DNA of 64,000 nucleotides from an uncultured cyanobacterium (GTDB lineage Bacteria; Cyanobacteriota; Cyanobacteriia; Cyanobacteriales; CAWCAG01): NCBI GenBank assembly GCA_963793425.1, contig CAWCAG010000007.1, positions 256,001 to 320,000 of the forward strand, read 5' to 3'. Shown piece by piece: positions 59,779 to 64,000 of this stretch (position 1 is its first letter; each line of letters starts with the position of its first letter). The notes under the pieces were generated by a model. It saw only the letters and a program-made list of their open reading frames with translations, ran no database searches and was not told where the DNA came from. The position numbers and the translations under genes were made by a program.

Positions 59779-60750
59779 TTAAACTGTATCTCGTAGCTGT
59801 AAATCTACTCCTTCTTTACGATTACGTAAGTCGTAATAAATCACAGCTTTGATTATTTGCCAAAAAGCTAAGGTAGCTACATTTGCAGCAAAGAAAAACA
59901 AAACAGTTAATAAAATTGGTCCGATCAGCGTAGGTACGAGTGCTGCCGGACTTAATCCTACCCCAGCCCCTAATATACCCCCGAAAGAAGCTAATATGGA
60001 ACCGATAGCAATGAAAAGGGGAACTGATGCTATTAAATAAATTGGTAAAGTAATTAAGAAAGCAACAAAAACAATTAAAGCAATCTGTCTAGCCATTCCT
60101 TTGCTTAAAGACCAACTACGATTTAAAGCATCAGCACTACTAACCTTTGTTTCCATAGCTAAAGGAACTTCTGGGATGAAAAATCTGGCATAGACCCATA
60201 AATAAACACCTAAAATAAGGAACTGCCCAACCACAGTAATCAAAAAAACTAAGGGGTTATTTCTACCCAATATTCCCGCTAAAATAGATGTGAGCAAACC
60301 TACAGTTAAACTTTGTGCAAGAGATAGACCAAAGTTAATAAGACCCATAAAAAGAGAAAGCAAAACTTGCACCTTAAGGAAATCCCACATTTTAGGTTGA
60401 ATACTTTCACTGGCGACAGTTCTCGTTTCTGGCTGATCTGCCAACATCCCGAAGGCTAATCTAGAAATAAGAGCATAATTTTTGAGCGACTTAGCCCCAC
60501 AATAAAATACGGCCACTAACCAAACAAGAAAAGCGAGAATTATTGCAGGAATTAATGAGGTATTAGTGCCAACATTAAGAGCAATTAATGCGACGATTAA
60601 TAAACCGAACAAAAATGGAGAAAATGCCCACAAACTAGCAGTTAAAGCAATACTTAAATAAGTTTTTAAATTATCTCGGTAAAGCCGCAAACTAGCATTG
60701 ACTACATTACCTATACTCAGGGGGCCGATAGAACTCGAACTTCTAGACAT
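59779..60750 (-). CDS. Multi-pass membrane protein (GDPD membrane-domain-like)
   Basis: PLSIGNVV, ALNRSWSL, YYDLRNRKEG. Confidence 0.8.
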   Translation of the reverse strand: MSRSSSSIGPLSIGNVVNASLRLYRDNLKTYLSIALTASLWAFSPFLFGLLIVALIALNVGTNTSLIPAIILAFLVWLVAVFYCGAKSLKNYALISRLAFGMLADQPETRTVASESIQPKMWDFLKVQVLLSLFMGLINFGLSLAQSLTVGLLTSILAGILGRNNPLVFLITVVGQFLILGVYLWVYARFFIPEVPLAMETKVSSADALNRSWSLSKGMARQIALIVFVAFLITLPIYLIASVPLFIAIGSILASFGGILGAGVGLSPAALVPTLIGPILLTVLFFFAANVATLAFWQIIKAVIYYDLRNRKEGVDLQLRDTV

Positions 60751-60818
60751 CGCTAAACTGGCATTGTTGCTTTTTACAATAATCCTAAGCTAGGTTGAGC
60801 TAGATATGGGGAGATGTT

Positions 60819-61787
60819 ATGAATATTAAACGTTGGATTGGCCGTAGAGAGAAAAACTGGCAGCGTTTGGAAAATTTGTTGAATCAGGTAGAAAAGAAAG
60901 GGTTAAAGTCCTTGCAGGCTGCTGAGGTTATCGAATTAGCAGGTTTGTATCGTTCTGTTTCAGCAGACTTAGCCAGGGCAAGGACTAATAAAGTTGGCAA
61001 AACCTTAATCCAAAGCTTACAAAAACTAACCTCCCGTAGCTACAACCAAATTTATCAGGGTTCCCGCCGCCAAGAATGGCAAAAAGCCATTGAATTTTGT
61101 TTATGGGGGTTCCCTGCGGTTGTACAGCGGACTTGGGTTTATATTGGAATCGCCACGGGGCTTTTTGTTATTAGTGGTTTAATTGCTTGGTGGTACTCTT
61201 GGCAAGATCCTAGTTTTATTGCCTTAGTTGTACCCCAAGGAATTATTTCTCAAGTGCGCGATCGCCAAGAATTATGGATGGGCTCAATTTTAGGAACTGA
61301 ACCTTTAGCTTCTAGCGGCATTATGATTAATAACCTCAAGGTTTCTTTTAACGTCGTTGCTGGAGGTATAACTGCCGGAATTCTGACTGTTTATATCTTA
61401 ATTTACAACGGTTTACTAATCGGTTCTGTAGGTACTTTAGTCGGGCAACATAACTTAGCATACCCTTTCTGGGCTTTTGTTTGGCCCCACGGCGCTTTAG
61501 AATTGCCGGCCATCTTTTTTGCTGGGGCTGCGGGTTTATTAATCGCCAGGGCGCTTTTATTTCCGGGGCAATATCGCCGTCTTGATGCCCTTAAAATTTA
61601 TGGTTCCCAAGCAGCACAACTAGTTTTTGGTGTAGTTGTAATGTTAATTATTGCCGGAATCATTGAAGGATTTTTCTCGCCTAATCCTCTTTTTCCTGAC
61701 TCTTTTAAATATCTAGTTGGTATCGGAATTTTAACTGCTTTGGTAATGTATTGTATTAGGAAAAAAGATACAATAGCTAGTCGCTAA
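60819..61787 (+). CDS. SpoIIM-family (DUF95) membrane protein
   Basis: W.RLE.LL, LYR.VSADLA, NNLKV, PHGALELPAI, AGIIEGF. Confidence 0.88.
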   Translation: MNIKRWIGRREKNWQRLENLLNQVEKKGLKSLQAAEVIELAGLYRSVSADLARARTNKVGKTLIQSLQKLTSRSYNQIYQGSRRQEWQKAIEFCLWGFPAVVQRTWVYIGIATGLFVISGLIAWWYSWQDPSFIALVVPQGIISQVRDRQELWMGSILGTEPLASSGIMINNLKVSFNVVAGGITAGILTVYILIYNGLLIGSVGTLVGQHNLAYPFWAFVWPHGALELPAIFFAGAAGLLIARALLFPGQYRRLDALKIYGSQAAQLVFGVVVMLIIAGIIEGFFSPNPLFPDSFKYLVGIGILTALVMYCIRKKDTIASR

Positions 61788-61850
61788 TGGCTAATGGCTA
61801 ATTGTTAATATTCTATCTCCCTAGCTCCCCATCTCCCCACTCCCTTCTTC
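61785..61850 (-). repeat. Composite STRR element, copy B (inverted)
   Basis: 61785-61823 is the exact reverse complement of 53683-53721 (39 nt). Confidence 0.8.
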
Positions 61851-61952
61851 AAAACTTATACATCAAGTTAAACAAAATCTTTTAATCTCTTCTCAAATAA
61901 AACACGATCTCTAACATCTTATTTCCATACTTAGGAAAAAATCAGACCTTAG

Positions 61953-62156
61953 ATGGAGACAAAATCCAAGATGGATATAGAAGAATTAGAAGCTCGTTAT
62001 AGAGAAGAAATAGATCGCTTAGGCAATCAATTACAAAATGCTACTTTAGAAATCTCTCAAATAGAAACAGTAATTTTGCAAATGGGACAATCCATTGAAA
62101 ATCTCAGTGCTATTCTCGAAGAATTTATTCAACAGCAACGTGATAAAGAAAACTAA
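61953..62156 (+). CDS. Small coiled-coil hypothetical protein
   Basis: 67 aa with heptad pattern. Confidence 0.65.
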   Translation: METKSKMDIEELEARYREEIDRLGNQLQNATLEISQIETVILQMGQSIENLSAILEEFIQQQRDKEN

Positions 62157-62527
62157 TTAGAAAGATTTAACTCTTCAGCAATTACTTGATAAATTTTAGT
62201 TAAAATCGCAGGCTTAACCAAAAAATAACGCGCTCCTAATTCCTTTGCTCTTTGTTTGTCGGCGGGAAAAGAATAAGCTGAAAAGATAATTACAGGAAGA
62301 GAATGCCACGGCGATCGCCTCAGCATTTCCATTAAATCAAAACCATCAACGTCACCTGGTAACTTAATATCAAGTAGTATTAAATCTGGCTCGAACCTTT
62401 CTAAATAATCTCTAAAATTTAAACCATCAGGTATACCCAGGGTTTCATAACCCCTTGAATTAAGATATTCTGCAACAACTTCGCGATGGAATTCGTTGTC
62501 CTCAATAAACAGGATTTTGGCACTCAC
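62153..62527 (-). CDS. Single-domain response regulator
   Basis: ILFIEDN, LILLDIKLP, FSA, VKP. Confidence 0.9.
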   Translation of the reverse strand: MSAKILFIEDNEFHREVVAEYLNSRGYETLGIPDGLNFRDYLERFEPDLILLDIKLPGDVDGFDLMEMLRRSPWHSLPVIIFSAYSFPADKQRAKELGARYFLVKPAILTKIYQVIAEELNLSN

Positions 62528-62641
62528 AACATTCCAACTTCAAGCTATCCCTGAAGATAGTCTGAATTAGTTTACTTTTCATCTAGACTAGAAGTGTTGC
62601 TTAAAAAGCAGTTTTGCCCTTAGAGCAGTCAACATTTAGTC

Positions 62642-64000
62642 TTAATTACCTGGTACAGTTTCAATTACAGGAGCAGGAGGTTGGAGAATCTCTTGCCAGC
62701 GCTGAATATTTCCTCTCGCTTCTTGATAAGCTTCTGTCCCGGAAGGAACTTTTTTCGCAATACTAATAGCTTCATTCAAAGAATTATTACTAGCTCTATC
62801 TTGGGCAATTCTCAAAATTTGATAGCTCCAATTATCAACATATTGTACACTTTGAGAGCTAAGTTTTGTTCCTGAAGGTACTTGTCTAGCCAGACTAATA
62901 GCTCTAACATAAGCATCTGGAGTTCTTCCTTCAGCAATGCCTACAGCTTGCTCTAAACTTTCCCTAGCTTTGCTTTCCCTCTGTGCTTGTTGAATTTCCT
63001 TTTGAGAAGCATTAATTATCTTTTGGGCATCTGGTGATGAGGCTCTATTAGAGCCAATCTGCCTTGCTGCTTCAATGGCTTGTGGGAAGTTTCCTGATTG
63101 ATATAAAGTTTCTGCTTGGTTTAAATAAGGCTGATCTTGTAAAACTTGAATTTTATTTCTCCACTCACTGGCTTTTCTTTGGGCTTCTGAGTAAAAGGGA
63201 CGACCGGGGGCAATGGAATTAACTTCATCAATAGCCCTTTCTAAAGAACCAATATCACCAAAACTAGCCAATTGATTAGCCCGTTCTAAAAAAGGTTTAT
63301 CTTCAGCATTTTTAATTTGATTCGACCATTCTTGGATCGCTCCTCTCGCCTCTTGATAACGGGGATTATATTGAGGAATTAACCGCGCCTCAGCAATAGC
63401 GGCTGACAGCTCCCCTATGCCCCCAGACCGGGCTAATTGTCTCGCTCTTTCTAAGTGGGCCACATCTTCGATTTCTCTTTGCCAGCGAGTAATTAGGCTT
63501 TGTGCTTTTGAATAAAGAGGGCGGCCTGCACCCACTTGTTGGGCTTGGGCAATACCTCTTTCTAAGCCAGCCACACTGCCCGCACTAGCGCTGATACCAG
63601 CATTAGCTAAACTAGTCCAGTCTTTGACTTGTTCTTGAAGTTTGAGGCTAGAGGGGATAGCATTGGCGATGCGTAGCAGCCCTTGCCAATCTCTTTTGTC
63701 TAACCTCTCTTGAGCGCTGGTAACTAGCTTATTGCCCGCCTCTTCTATAAGTCTTTGTGCTTCTTTATAAGCAGTGCTACCAGAAGAGATTTCTTGAGCC
63801 ATGGAAATAGCCTGAATATAATTTTCATATCCCCCACGGCGCAGGGCAGCATAAGCTTTATCTAACTTAGAACTTTCTTCTTGAGCTAATTGAATTTCCC
63901 TGACTAGTTTTTCATACTGGGTACTAGACCAATATTTATTATCTAAATAAGTTAACTTAACCCCTTCCCGTAAAGCTTTACTCCAATTAGAGTTTGCTAA
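62642..64000 (-). CDS. Conserved cyanobacterial alpha-helical repeat protein (often annotated chromosome segregation ATPase), 5' end outside the window
   Basis: Frame stays open from 63802 to the edge (LANSNWSKALREGVKLTYLDNKYW...); repeated AIxxAxxIPxxxPxYxEAQxxIxxW units. Confidence 0.8.
   Translation of the reverse strand, partial: LANSNWSKALREGVKLTYLDNKYWSSTQYEKLVREIQLAQEESSKLDKAYAALRRGGYENYIQAISMAQEISSGSTAYKEAQRLIEEAGNKLVTSAQERLDKRDWQGLLRIANAIPSSLKLQEQVKDWTSLANAGISASAGSVAGLERGIAQAQQVGAGRPLYSKAQSLITRWQREIEDVAHLERARQLARSGGIGELSAAIAEARLIPQYNPRYQEARGAIQEWSNQIKNAEDKPFLERANQLASFGDIGSLERAIDEVNSIAPGRPFYSEAQRKASEWRNKIQVLQDQPYLNQAETLYQSGNFPQAIEAARQIGSNRASSPDAQKIINASQKEIQQAQRESKARESLEQAVGIAEGRTPDAYVRAISLARQVPSGTKLSSQSVQYVDNWSYQILRIAQDRASNNSLNEAISIAKKVPSGTEAYQEARGNIQRWQEILQPPAPVIETVPGN

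Overview
AT-rich cyanobacterial chromosome segment, identified by many HIP1 GCGATCGC octamers, 7-nt STRR arrays and genes such as acsF, cpcT, ycf34 and lrtA. The backbone is housekeeping: glcD, alr, murG, argC, ribBA, ctaB-ctaA / ctaC-ctaD-ctaE (ctaD broken by a 1-nt loss in a G run), lipB, hpf/lrtA, two MscS genes, the SSADH + 2-oxoglutarate decarboxylase TCA-bypass pair, acsF and cpcT. Two accessory islands stand out. (1) At 31.8-34.5 kb, a 45-aa ORF with a Gly-Gly site and an Asp-rich tail (GG-AFDGDDGSD) is followed by a stem-loop, a JmjC/cupin_4 Fe/2OG oxygenase and a sucrase/ferredoxin-like [2Fe-2S] protein, under Fur-box-like operators. This is a candidate RiPP system, possibly a ribosomally made beta-hydroxy-Asp metallophore (inference). 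A DUF433/DUF5615 toxin-antitoxin pair bracketed by a 46-bp direct repeat sits in its promoter region. (2) At 43.1-49.1 kb, an eCIS (Afp15)-type AAA+ ATPase is divergent from a polymorphic toxin/immunity array whose two toxins share an N-terminal QTKLTVGEPGDKYEQ module with a 77-bp identical tract; the second toxin is a start-less orphan cassette. Several decayed genes (LRR-Roc-COR, GluR0-like channel, Uma2, DUF3368, IS701 transposase), REP-like palindromes and a candidate ~210-nt structured ncRNA are also present. I saw no rRNA, tRNA or CRISPR array. All family assignments come from motif recognition, not database searches.
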